Shown here one piece after another: positions 13,501-25,922 of a DNA stretch of 64,000 nt. Each line of letters starts with the position of its first letter. Within the stretch, counting starts at the first letter, position 1. The stretch is from contig NC_068987.1 of the NCBI RefSeq assembly GCF_001194135.2, forward strand, positions 24,517,587-24,581,586. The letters run 5' to 3'. A program made the position numbers and the translations under genes. The DNA is from Octopus bimaculoides. Its lineage: Eukaryota. The notes under the pieces were generated by a model, which saw nothing but the letters and a program-made list of their open reading frames with translations, did no database searches and was not told the origin of the DNA.

Positions 13501-15519
13501 CAAAATGTGGTCGCATCTAACGCTGTTGAAAGTTTTTGGAACAAGGCCAGCAATTTTAAGGAAGCGGGTAAGTCAATTACATTGAGGTGCTCAACTAGTA
13601 CTCGCTTTTATTGATCCTGAAAGGAAGAATGTAAAATCAACCATAGCAAATTTGAACTGGGAATGTAAAGAGCCAAAAGAAAAGCTGCTACGCATTTTGC
13701 CCAATGCACTAACAATTCTGCCAATTTACCACCTTAATAATACTAAGAAATCAATAATAATTATAACAGCAAAATCACAACCAGATGAGGAACAACAGTT
13801 AGTGGCATACATCACAAGGAGACAGTAAAAGAAAATGACCATTGACAAATTTATGGCATTTAGCTGAGGAAAATGCTATTTGGCAGATATGGTAGGGGTT
13901 AGTACATTCAAAATAGTTACAAAACAAAGGCAAATGCAAACCACCAGTTAGGGGCTGCTGCACACGCACACAGAACCAAATACAAGTACACTCACACACT
14001 TGGCTTCAGCCACCTGTGTGCACACTTGTACATGCATACAAATACATAAGCTGTCATGTCACATAACCAAACAGCACCTCTTGATGCCATCAAACATGCA
14101 CAACTAAAACCTTGTCATACTGCCATGCAAATAACCAGCATGTACAATAGTAAGTCCTCCCGAGTTGATTGCACAAGTCAGCAAAGGTGTAACAAACATT
14201 TAAACTCCATCCACTGTTAAGAATCATCAACAGTGTGTATATAATCATCAACAAAGGGTATATAATCACAAGTATCTGAAATTGCTATGGCAGGTATTGA
14301 AATCCATCGAGTCCAGGCTATTTGCAAAATACTTGATAATGGTGGTGGGATTATTTGGTACCTGCCAAGAAGTTCCAGAGACAATCATGGCCAACGGGTA
14401 CATATAAACAGATAGGACGATAGAGATGCAAATGCAGGGAATAAACAAAAGAGGTGTTTTTGTATAGGATCTAGGACACAGTTCATTATTCTGCAAATGC
14501 AAAAATAGTAGGGCTTGGTGGCATAGATATCACTATTAACATGTTGAGAGCTGAAGACTAGCCTATCTCATTAGTTACAACCTACCCAGTAGTGTCGACA
14601 GATTTGAGACTTTTGGTGGGCACAAAACAACCCTATCTCATTGTGTTTATCAAATAAGGGTTACAACTAGCTAATATAATCTCTAACCCAGCTTTAATAC
14701 AAAGACTGCAGGGATGCTTTCCTTTCTACAGGGCCAGGTACATCCCACTACCAACTGTAATTACTACTGGATAGTGATGTAGAGAACTAATCTTCAGGCT
14801 GAAAAAAGAATGTTTATGTAAGGCAATGCCCTGTTTCACAGGGCTCATAGTAGCCCCTATGTAAAACTTAGTACTACTACAAGTCCCTGTGATGTACTTA
14901 TATACATTGGTCCAAACAGTGCTCACCCGGAGGGATTTTTCAAAGGAGTTCTGCAGTTTTCCCTGGCATGAGGTACCACAGAGTAAGGATCCATATATCA
15001 CCTCACTTCTAGTAGAGTTGGGTGGGGAAGCAGTTTGGTAAGTACCTTATGTGACAGGTCCATTCTCTTTAATATAGTAATGTTTTCTGTATGTCCACCT
15101 TATGCTTCTAACTTCCCACCACCATGGGTTTTATCTGAAGAGGCTCCACATTGTACTTGTTTGCAGGTGCTACATAAGGTACTTACGAAACTGCTTCTAC
15201 AATATTGGAGGCTTTCATACAATACTTTATCAAAAATTCTGTTTCCCATTTTTTTGATAACCTCTCTATTATTCACTGCACCACGTTGTCTCTGTAATGA
15301 GGGATAGCATTGGATCTTAATTGATCTCCATCTTGTTCTCTTCAAGACATCTGCATGTATAGGATAACATCAGATCTGTCATTCTTCCATTACTCCTTCC
15401 TCCAGAAACCCCTCATCCCATTTCTTCTGTCAGACACTTGTTCTTTTCCCCTCTCATCTTTCTGTCATTACACTTTCTTGTCTTTACTTCAATGGTTAGA
15501 CTGACTGCCTCATGAAGGA

Positions 15520-15990
15520 GTGAAGACTTTTTATTTTATTATTTGTTGGAGCTGGAAGAAAGAGCAATGCCCATGACAAGCACAAGCCCTCCAAGACAAA
15601 CGAGATAGATGACATCAATGTTGCTGTTGTCATCACGCACAGTAAAGTCATGAGCAGGAAGCAAATTCTAGACCAGCACTCTGGGAAGGAATGACAAGGT
15701 GCAGTGATAAGTGTGTGTGTGTGTGGGGGGGGGCTAAGCAATTGAACCCAACAAGGGGAATGAGAAAAGAAGAGAGTTGGGACTGCCTGAGTGGGTGTGA
15801 CATGAACCCAGCCAACTTCGAGGTGCAAACGCCACTATAGTAGCAATAGAAAAGGCACAAGATAATAGCATACCTATGCGCCAGAGGCTGAAGCATGTCT
15901 GTGCATGCAGCAGCATCATCCCCAACAAGGGAACAATACTTAATTTTGGTTCTCATCTGAGCTTTATAAAGTGTCAATAAGAAGTGTGTG
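15520..15990 (-). mobile_element. Decayed CR1/L2/jockey-type LINE 3' coding fragment
   Basis: LYKAQMRTKIKYCS resembles the post-RT LYKAQIRP-MEYCSH motif of these clades. Confidence 0.5.
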
Positions 15991-16296
15991 TGTGTGGAGG
16001 AGGATGTTAAAGTATCTCCTGGCTCCTTACTGAAGGGTTACTAATTAGCATACAATCCTAACTATAAGGATAAGCATTTGCTAGGAGAGATTCTGAGTGA
16101 TAGGTAGACTTAATAATTGGATCAGTTGTGACGGTTCTAGTTGCATGCTAATCATAATTAAATGCAGTGTGGTGCAATAATGATTTCTTGATATGAATAT
16201 TATTTGAATTTCCTTGCTTTTGAAAGAGACAATATTAACATCTTGGAGGATGCTTTCAAGCTTTCTGTTCATGGAATCAGTTTAGCAGTTTAGATA

Positions 16297-17073
<777 letters not shown>

Positions 17074-17694
17074 TTACTCACCACAGTATATTAATAATTT
17101 TGTGTTTAGATATTTCCATACATCAACTGTTATCTTTGCTGATATTGGAATGATGCTGCAAATTCCTTTGTACATTTGTCTAGTTAGTGAAGTAAAGAAG
17201 GGTTGCTAATAAACTCATTTGGAGGAAACACTTCATGAAAATTCTCTTGCAGATTTATATAAATGAGATTGTATCTATTCTGTATAACTTCTTCCTTTAG
17301 TCTGATATAAAGACAATAAATATTGATGATGCATCTGGATTTTAAAATTCTTCATTCTGAAATTAAAAAAAAAAGTAAAAAGTATAAAGTATAAAGGATA
17401 CTTAAAATGTAGAGGTTCAACAGTGGAAATTTTACATTTCTATACCAACAAACTAGAATAACTTAATTTCAGTTTTAACTTATTTAAGTTACAACATATA
17501 GCTTTTTGTGAATCTACGACTACACATACAACCTCAGATTGTGTACCATTATATATATGTATATGTATAGGCATTAAGATAAACTTACTTGGAAATGGAT
17601 GCATGGTGTTCAATCATATAATAGTATAAATAAAATAAATATATATGCATATATACATACATATATATATATATATATTATTTATATTATATAT

Positions 17695-20650
17695 AGGCAT
17701 GTTGATGCATGTTGCATTCAAGAGGTAAGGTGGCAGGGAGCTACAGCCAGTTTCCTCAAAGGCAGATACATGGGTATAAAATCTGGGAAGGTGACAATGA
17801 CAGTGTAAGTAGTGTGGGCATACTTCTTGTCAAGGACATCCTAAGACCCAAAAGAAATGAAGCTAGTATACTCTGCTGGATATGCAATGTCAGTGTGCAT
17901 GTACAACAGAAATAGATGGATAGGGTCATAGAGGTAGTCAGAGTGTGCAATAGAGTACTTAAGCTCAGGCTAGTTTTGCAGAATAGAACAGCAACAATTA
18001 TCTCTGCTTATGCCCACCAAGCAGGTCTACCAAATGAACAAAAGGATTGCTTTTATGATATTCCTCTGCACACTACCTTAGAGACGAATGACAATGATCT
18101 CATTTGCATGACTGGGGATTTCAATGGGAATGTTTCATCCACGGTGTACATGGGGGCTATGAAATTGGCTCCTGAAACAAAGAGGGGACAAGGCTACTGG
18201 AGTTCTGTTATGTGAATAACCTATTGATCTGCAACACCAACTCCAAGAAGCCAGCCAGCACCTGATAACCTACCAGTCAATTAATCATGCTAGCCAGATT
18301 AATTACATTCTCATCAGAGAACTGGATACATGGTTGCTCCTAAATACAAAGACCTTCCCTGGTGAAGAATGTACCCCCTGGCATAGACTAGTCATTAATG
18401 ACTTTAGACTCCAGGCCAGAAGGATGCCAAGAAATAGAGCAATCTGGAAAAGAAGGATTTGGAAGCTTAAGGATCCTTTATATCGTCAGAGATTTAGGGA
18501 CAACCTAATTGAGGAATTTGATGAGAGGGAGGAGAAACTACAGACTTGTAACATAGAGGGCAACTGGGAATTCCTGTGGGACAACTTGCTGAGTGCCACA
18601 GACTAAATCTGCAGCCAGTGCAAAGTCCCATCCAGACCTAGCCTAATGGTGGTGGTGGTGGTGGTGGAACGATACTCGACAAGGCTATTAGAGCAAAGAA
18701 GCAGGTCCGGAAGGATTGGATGCATGGGGTAACAGATAGCCAGAAGAGAAGCTAGGGGACAGGTATATCTAGCCAGGGAAGAAGCAGAAAGAAGAAGTTT
18801 GCCTATGTTCAGCAACGTGAGAACCAGAGACTTGAAGTGTTTTGGATTGCAGGGCAGTCTGTGAGAGAAAATTGTGATGACATAGGAGAGAAATGTGTCC
18901 ATATGGATGATGGTGCACTTGCATTTAATGATTCTGCAAAGAAAGCGGCTTAGAAATGCCATTATGAAAGGCTGCTAAATGTGGAGAATGAATGGGAAAA
19001 GAAGAATCTGCCAAATGTTGTCCCAACTGAGGGACCAGCTATCCTAATTGACAGTAGATTAATAGATAAAACAATTAAGGACATGAAGACAGGGAAAGCC
19101 CCTAGCTCATCAGGAATCTCCACTGAGATGCTGAAAACATCTGGCATAGTAGGGTATAGCCTACTCATCCATATAGTTAATCAGGTTGTCTATGAGGGAG
19201 TCATAGCCAATGATTCGTGTAGTAGCATCATAGTCAAATGCTACAAAAGTAAAGGTGATGTTTTAAACAGAAATAATTACAGAGGCATCAAACTACTGGA
19301 CCAGGTGAAGAAAGTCACAGAGAGGGTCATAGTTCAATTAATTAGTGAGAGAATTAGGCTAGATGTGATGCAGTTTAGATTTGAGTTAGGCAGTAAGTGG
19401 TGTAGGTTATGGTCAAGTCACCTGTATTGTAAATCAGGTAGTTCACAAAGGAGTCAAACCCAATGACTGGAGTAGCAGCACCATAGTCAACTGCTAAAAA
19501 GGTAAAGGTGATGCTTTAGATAGAAATAACTACAGGGGGTATCAAACTGCTGGATCATGGAGAGGGTCATAGCCCAACTAATTAGGGAGAGAGTCTGTTT
19601 ACATGAGATGCAGTTCAGTTTTGTGCCAGGTAGAAACACTACTGATGCTATATTTCTGGTAAGGCAACTGCAGGAGAAATGCCTACCCAAAGACAAACTT
19701 CTATACTTGGCTTTTGTTGACTTGGAGAAAGCCTTTGACAGGGTCCCCTGATCCCTTATCTGGTGGGCGATGTGGAAACTAGAGATAGACGAGTGGTTAA
19801 TAAGAGCTGTACATGGATGTTGTCAGTAAGGTAAGGGTTGGCAATTAGTATAGTGATGAATTTCGGGTAGAAGTAGGGATTCACCAAGGATCAGTCCTCA
19901 GCTCCCACTTATTCATCATAGTTCACCAGGCAATAACAGAGGCTGCACTTGGGAGTTCCTCTATGCTGATGACCTTGCTCGCATAACTGAATCACCACCA
20001 GAAGGGCCTTAGAGTCAATGTTGCAAAAACCAAAGACCTAGTTAGTAGGAAGGTGAACAAATCACAAATCCCTTCAGGTAGATGGCCCTGCTCGATCTGT
20101 AGAAAAGGCATAGGTAGAAACTCCATAAGACGTACCCAATGTAAGCTATGGACAAATAAGAGGTGCAGCAACATCAAAGGAAGGTTAACTTGTATGATAG
20201 CTTTTGTGTGCGGCAGATGCACAGGTGCAATAAACACCAAAGATTCTATCACATGCCAAGGGGAGAAACTAGAAGTAGTTGATAGCTTCTGATACCTAAG
20301 TGACCAAGTCCGTAGTGGGGGTGGATACTTGGAGAGCGTTGCCGCTAGAATAAGAATAGCCTGGGCAAAGTTCAGAAAGCTCCTACCTTTACTGGTGACA
20401 AAGGGCCATGACTGTTAAGAACATACGCAGGCTTGAAAGAAATGAAGCTAGTATGATCCACTGGATGTGTAATGTCAGTGTGCACACACAACAGAGTGCA
20501 AGTGCCCTGAGAGAAATGTTGGACATAAGAAGCATCAGATGTTCAATGTTAGCAAAACAAAATCTTGAATATGATGTGTTTGCAAAGGCTTGATAGAAAT
20601 GAAATGAGCATACACTATTCGATGTGTAATGTCAGTGTGTATGAATGACA
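17695..20650 (+). mobile_element. Near-full-length decayed RTE LINE (APE plus RT) with internal rearrangements
   Basis: CCIQEVRW, IISAYAHQAG, TGDFNG, YRGIKLLD, AFVDLEKAFDRVP, YADD region and C-terminal RNEASM; many stops and frameshifts. Confidence 0.92.
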
Positions 20651-21653
20651 GATTGAGTTACCATGCTTCTACAACATTCTACATCATCAAGGCACACAAA
20701 ATCATGCCACTGGCATGTTTTCTAGAATCTACTGTTCAATCACGAATCTCCAGAATCTAATAGAAATCCCTGATGCTCTTTGTTACCCTGCCTTAAAGTG
20801 CATGATCCACTGTCTGCATACTAAAACCTTACCTGGCTGAACAGAGGAAATACAACTACAACTGTTGTTTGTCTTTAAATAAACCCCCAATTTCATTCAA
20901 ACAATGAAAACCAAATAATGGCTGGCCACAGTTGTGAACGATTTCATGGTTCATTTGCCATCAACAAACAAAAATCATCCGATGATTCTCTTTTCCATTT
21001 TGTTGCAGAGACATTTTACCTAAAACCTACTGTTTTTACCAGTTGTTCTACATTTCCCAAACAATAAGTACATTCACTCAAATTGAGTGACAACACTCAT
21101 GACCTATGAAGTATTCACTTTCTATATAAATATGGAATCACTGTTAGTCATACCAATCCTACAATACCTGAGTGATGACCAGTATTATATATATATATAT
21201 ATATATATATATNNNNNNNNNNNNNNNNNNNNNNNNNNNNNNNNNNNNNNNNNNNNNNNNNNNNNNNNNNNNNNNNNNNNNNNNNNNNNNNNNNNNNNNN
21301 NNNNNNNNNNNNNNNNNNNNNNNNNNNNNNNNNNNNNNNNNNNNNNNNNNNNNNNNNNNNNNNNNNNNNNNNNNNNNNNNNNNNNNNNNNNNNNNNNNNN
21401 NNNNNNNNNNNNNNNNNNNNNNNNNNNNNNNNNNNNNNNNNNNNNNNNNNNNNNNNNNNNNNNNNNNNNNNNNNNNNNNNNNNNNNNNNNNNNNNNNNNN
21501 NNNNNNNNNNNNNNNNNNNNNNNNNNNNNNNNNNNNNNNNNNNNNNNNNNNNNNNNNNNNNNNNNNNNNNNNNNNNNNNNNNNNNNNNNNNNNNNNNNNN
21601 NNNNNNNNNNNNNNNNNNATTTCTGATTGATCAACAAATTATAGGAATTAACC

Positions 21654-22771
21654 TGTAGTGAAACTACCTCCCGCCATTAGATACAAAACTACTATCGCCA
21701 TTACATACAATCTTCTCATTTAAATATAAGTAAATGCGAGCGTAGTAGAGAACCCATTCCTTGTCCATCACGTGACTGATCATTATTCGAATCGGCAACT
21801 TCTTCGAACCGTTCCCGCCAGAACGCAAACTGACCAATCACGGCTCCTAATAAGGTCACGTGATAGAGTGTATTTCTACCATCTGGTGAGCCAATAGTTT
21901 GTTATAAATAGCTTTAACTCGGCAACCAAATTTGTCTCGGTCCAGTTTCTCTTTGAGAACTGTTCGGTGTACCACACGACAGCAGCAGCAGTTCTAGCTA
22001 CCACTTCAACAGCTTCGTCCAGCCACGATGACCTCCGCCGTCGCCACATCAGCAACAAGAGTCTACGACTACTATCCAGCATCATTGTCATGACCAACAC
22101 GATTAATACCAAACAGCCTCTACACTACCAGCGTCAACACGAATTACTATGTACACCAAACCAAACCTCCGCGGCACATCTCTCTCTTCGATTCTGTCAG
22201 GTGACTCAGCTTCACCACAGTAAATAAACAGACAAGAGTTCTTAAACAGACAAGAAATTCTCAGCCAGCGACGAACATCTGTATAACAAGAATCACGGCA
22301 CGGCATCGATGCCACGACATCACAACTAGTGATCAGCACTGCCACACTCAGCCTCTCCTCACTTTCACATACAGAACTTTTCCTATAGTGTACTAACGAT
22401 CTGGTATAATTGTTCACGTGTTATTGACTCTCTTTCTATCTGCTGTAAACACTCACACACATGTATCACTCACATACACACTTTTCTTTGTATGACGGCC
22501 TGTCTTTGATTATGCTCTTATATGTCGCATTCACACTCTCACACAGACATACATCTTTAATGCCACAATAAATATCTCTGTTATTCATCTAATACGGCTG
22601 TGGTCTTTCATTACTGGTCATCTCTGTTATCGTCGCATAACATATCATGTATATCATCCTCGATATATAATTGTATGTTCGACCGTGTGACATGTTTAAA
22701 TAAAAGGAGTCCTCCTGTTTTTCCATTCGTCACCATTTCTCCTTTTTGAGTTCGCACGGTCGTCCCTTACA
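21654..22771 (+). mobile_element. Probable solo LTR, about 1.12 kb
   Basis: TGTAG...TTACA termini; flanks AACC/AACT (4 bp, 1 mismatch); CCAAT at 21834 and 21891, TATAAATA at 21903, AATAAA at 22699; CpG-rich relative to flanks. Confidence 0.6.
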
Positions 22772-24054
22772 AACTCATCAAGGTATATATTCAATTAACC
22801 AGACTGAATCGATAGACTATTCTTTTACTTGTTTTTGTGATTTGACTGCGGCCATGCTGGAGCACTGCCTTGGAAGGTTTTAGCCAAACAAATCGACCCC
22901 AGGACTTTTTTTAAAGCCCAGTACTTATTATATCGGTCTCTTTTGCCGAACCGCTAAGTTATGGAGGCGTAAACACACTAACACCGGTTGTCAAGCGGTG
23001 ATGGGAGGGGGACAGACACAAATACACAATCATATAGATATATATATACGACAGGCTTCTTTCAATTTCCATCTACCAAATCCAAGCCCCAATATTTAAG
23101 CGATTGTTATGAATAGACAGTACTCGCATTCTTTTACGACTGTTAATTTCACATTCTGATGGAGGTAATTATGAAAATTATTTTGTGTTATGTGTCATTA
23201 ATTCCGTGAAGTTCCTATCATTTACATAACCATTTACATAACCTCTACTATTTAGTCATGTAATGTAGTTCCCCGGGTTTTACATTACACTATATAACCT
23301 TAAGTTTACGCTGTCGCTTTTAATTAAATTAAACCTATCTTCATTTTTGCCTTCTTAAATCTGTTTCAAAATGAAATGTAAGAATTTCATTAAAAAAAAA
23401 AAGTGGTAAATTCAGACAATAAATTTTTGTTTATATATTATCTTTGATGTTTTGAATGAATCTGACCATTCGAAACCGTCGGAAATTACTCGTTCTTTCG
23501 GCAAACCTTAAAGTGAGATAGGCCTAATAGTAAACTTACCAAGAATTCCTTTAAAGTTCAAAATTTTGTGCAAATATTACATCCATCATAAGTATTAATA
23601 TTGCAAAAAGAAAGAAACACGGTTGCTGATCTAACAAATAGCAGCCAAATCTCATACGAATAATTTTCTTTTTTTTTTAAAAAAGATATCATATAGCACT
23701 GAGGTTGATATGATGCCTTAGTATGGGCATCAGTGTAATGAAAAAAAAAAACGGTAAAAGAATAACAAAGAATATTTACATAACACTCTGATTGACAAGA
23801 TTCATAAATACAAGATATCTCTACAAAATACTTACATATATAATTCGCGAGTGAACATAAAATGTGAAATGGAGACTATAATTCTAACGCTGAAATCTCA
23901 CAGAAGACAAAATTGATGGTTTTGTGTTGGAACTTTACGTAAGTTTATAATCTCCTGATTAAGATAGATTAATCGATAGATTGTCGAGTTTCTAGACACG
24001 TGCAATGGATTACGAAACAAAAAAAGCTGAACGAATAAATTTACATATTTCTGG

Positions 24055-24200
24055 ATTAAAGTACAGCGGAAGTCACGATACTAGGTTTCTCATTGGTCAT
24101 TTGGTCAGATGATTAAGGCATACAGCAAAGTTATTGGCTTAGATCAACTCGAGCGGGTTTTCAATAATAATCGTCCTAGACATGACCAAATATTCATTTA
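24055..24200. promoter_or_regulatory. Candidate bidirectional promoter between the minus-strand ZNF gene and the orphan ORF
   Basis: CGGAAGT (ETS) at about 24067, reverse CCAAT boxes and local CpG enrichment. Minus-strand donor TTG|GTAAGT at 23540; plus-strand donor at 24851. Confidence 0.4.
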
Positions 24201-24204
24201 GGAC

Positions 24205-24563
24205 GGTACTACTAAAGAAGAGTGGTCCCCAACGTGCACCCGTGCAGTCGCGCGTCTGCGCTAGCTAGTTGTGAGTAGTCGAACCTACAAGTGCGCGTAT
24301 GCAAATGAATACATATATATAAATAGTTATATAGATGGATTGGTAGATAAATAGAAAGGAAGATAGATAATTAGTAGAAGTTGCAAAGTGACTTAAGTAC
24401 TGAAAGTTTCACACGCATGTACTAATTTGCATACGTGCGCACGCGCACATGTATTCATTTGCATACGCGCGCACTTGTTGTAGGATCGACTACTCACGAC
24501 TAGCTAGCGCGGACGCGTGACTGCGCGTGTGCGGGTTGGGAACCACTCTTCTTTAGTAGTACC
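24205..24563. mobile_element. Merlin-type MITE, 359 bp, with about 105-bp terminal inverted repeats (TIRs)
   Basis: GGTACTACTAAAGAAGAGTGGT...ACCACTCTTCTTTAGTAGTACC; perfect 8-bp TSD TTTAGGAC at 24197-24204 and 24564-24571. Confidence 0.85.
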
Positions 24564-25077
24564 TTTAGGACTACAATATCTATTGTATCTATGTAGGGTG
24601 TTTCTCTGTTATTTCTAGAAAATCGAGCGATCAGACTAGAGACGTAGTAGTGGTAGTCAAAAATGTTGCTGTATACAGAACTTCTACATATATATTGGAT
24701 CTCTCTGAATTGACGGGCACCACTTTTCATTTATTCCTTTTTCCTTGCGCTAGCTTATTATACTGTCTGATAGTCGAAAGACCCTATCTGTTTGTTATTT
24801 CCTTGTGTTTGTGTATCTGCGGGACTGATAATGAAACCATAACAGTCCAGGTAAAATACGAAAATAAAGTTGTGTATTCTGAGTAAATATGTAAATAGTT
24901 GGAAATATATAAATTCAATATTCTCCTCAGTTAAATATTTTCAAATTATTTTTGTAAATTCTTAAGAATGTTTCCAGTTTTTGTACATAGACTGAAACAT
25001 CGCTTGTATTTTTATTTATTTATTTTTTTCTTCTTATATTTTGATAGAAAAATGTTTCCAAGTTAGTTTCTGAAATA

Positions 25078-25922
25078 ATGGCGGATGTAAATATATTAAG
25101 CAAAGAAAAAGTAGATGAGTTACGTCGCAAGTTATGGGGAAATAATGAAAAAATGAAGAACTGTATCCCGAAGGAGAAACAGAATGCATACAACGGTTAT
25201 TTCAACAACGCGGGTATAGAAAAAGTGTCTGAATTCGTAGAGGCATATATGGTCTTAAGAATCGGGGCTTCGTTGGATTTTGACATCAAAGAAATTGAAA
25301 ACGCTTTGAAAGTGTATAATAAAGATACTCTCAGTAATATTTTGAAAGGGTTTTTGTCAGATAGTTTAATTAGTGATTGGGACTTTTACCAGAAATTGCG
25401 CAAGATTCTTCGAAGATATGAATTACAATATAANNNNNNNNNNNNNNNNNNNNNNNNNNNNNNNNNNNNNNNNNNNNNNNNNNNNNNNNNNNNNNNNNNN
25501 NNNNNNNNNNNNNNNNNNNNNNNNNNNNNNNNNNNNNNNNNNNNNNNNNNNNNNNNNNNNNNNNNNNNNNNNNNCTGGAAAAACAATTGAATGATAAGTT
25601 CTATTTTTGTTTCTTCCCCCAGAAGAGGAAATATTCCATGAACACTGAAAAAGAAGAAGAATGCACATATTCAAACCAAACATTGATTTATATAGTCGAT
25701 AACATATTTCCGAGTTGCTTTTATTCTGACCCTGTTTTTAAGCTATCTTGTAAAGATAACGAAAATCGCAATGAATTGTGGAATAAACATTTAATAGAAT
25801 TAAAGGAGAAGGTAGAAGATAATACATTGGAGGAAACTCTCGAAAAGTATCGCGTGGATCCTCAAGAAAAAAAAAGATGTTACATTCGTAAAATTACAGG
25901 GAAACAAGAATCCGTGTGGTAG
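25078..25922 (+). CDS. Orphan protein, about 280 aa, interrupted by an assembly gap; N-terminus possibly a death-fold (DED-like) helical domain; C-terminus probably truncated by hAT sequence
   Basis: Open frames on both sides of the gap (25078-25432 and 25575-25922). Upstream GT-AG intron 24851-25047 (ccag|gtaaaa ... tttgatag|). The stop codon lies within antisense hAT sequence. Confidence 0.55.

Noticed and set aside
21876-22417. ORFs of 78-104 aa within the CpG-rich 21.7-22.8 kb block
   Set aside because: Low-complexity, no recognisable domain, and they start with non-ATG codons; better explained as LTR R/U5 sequence.
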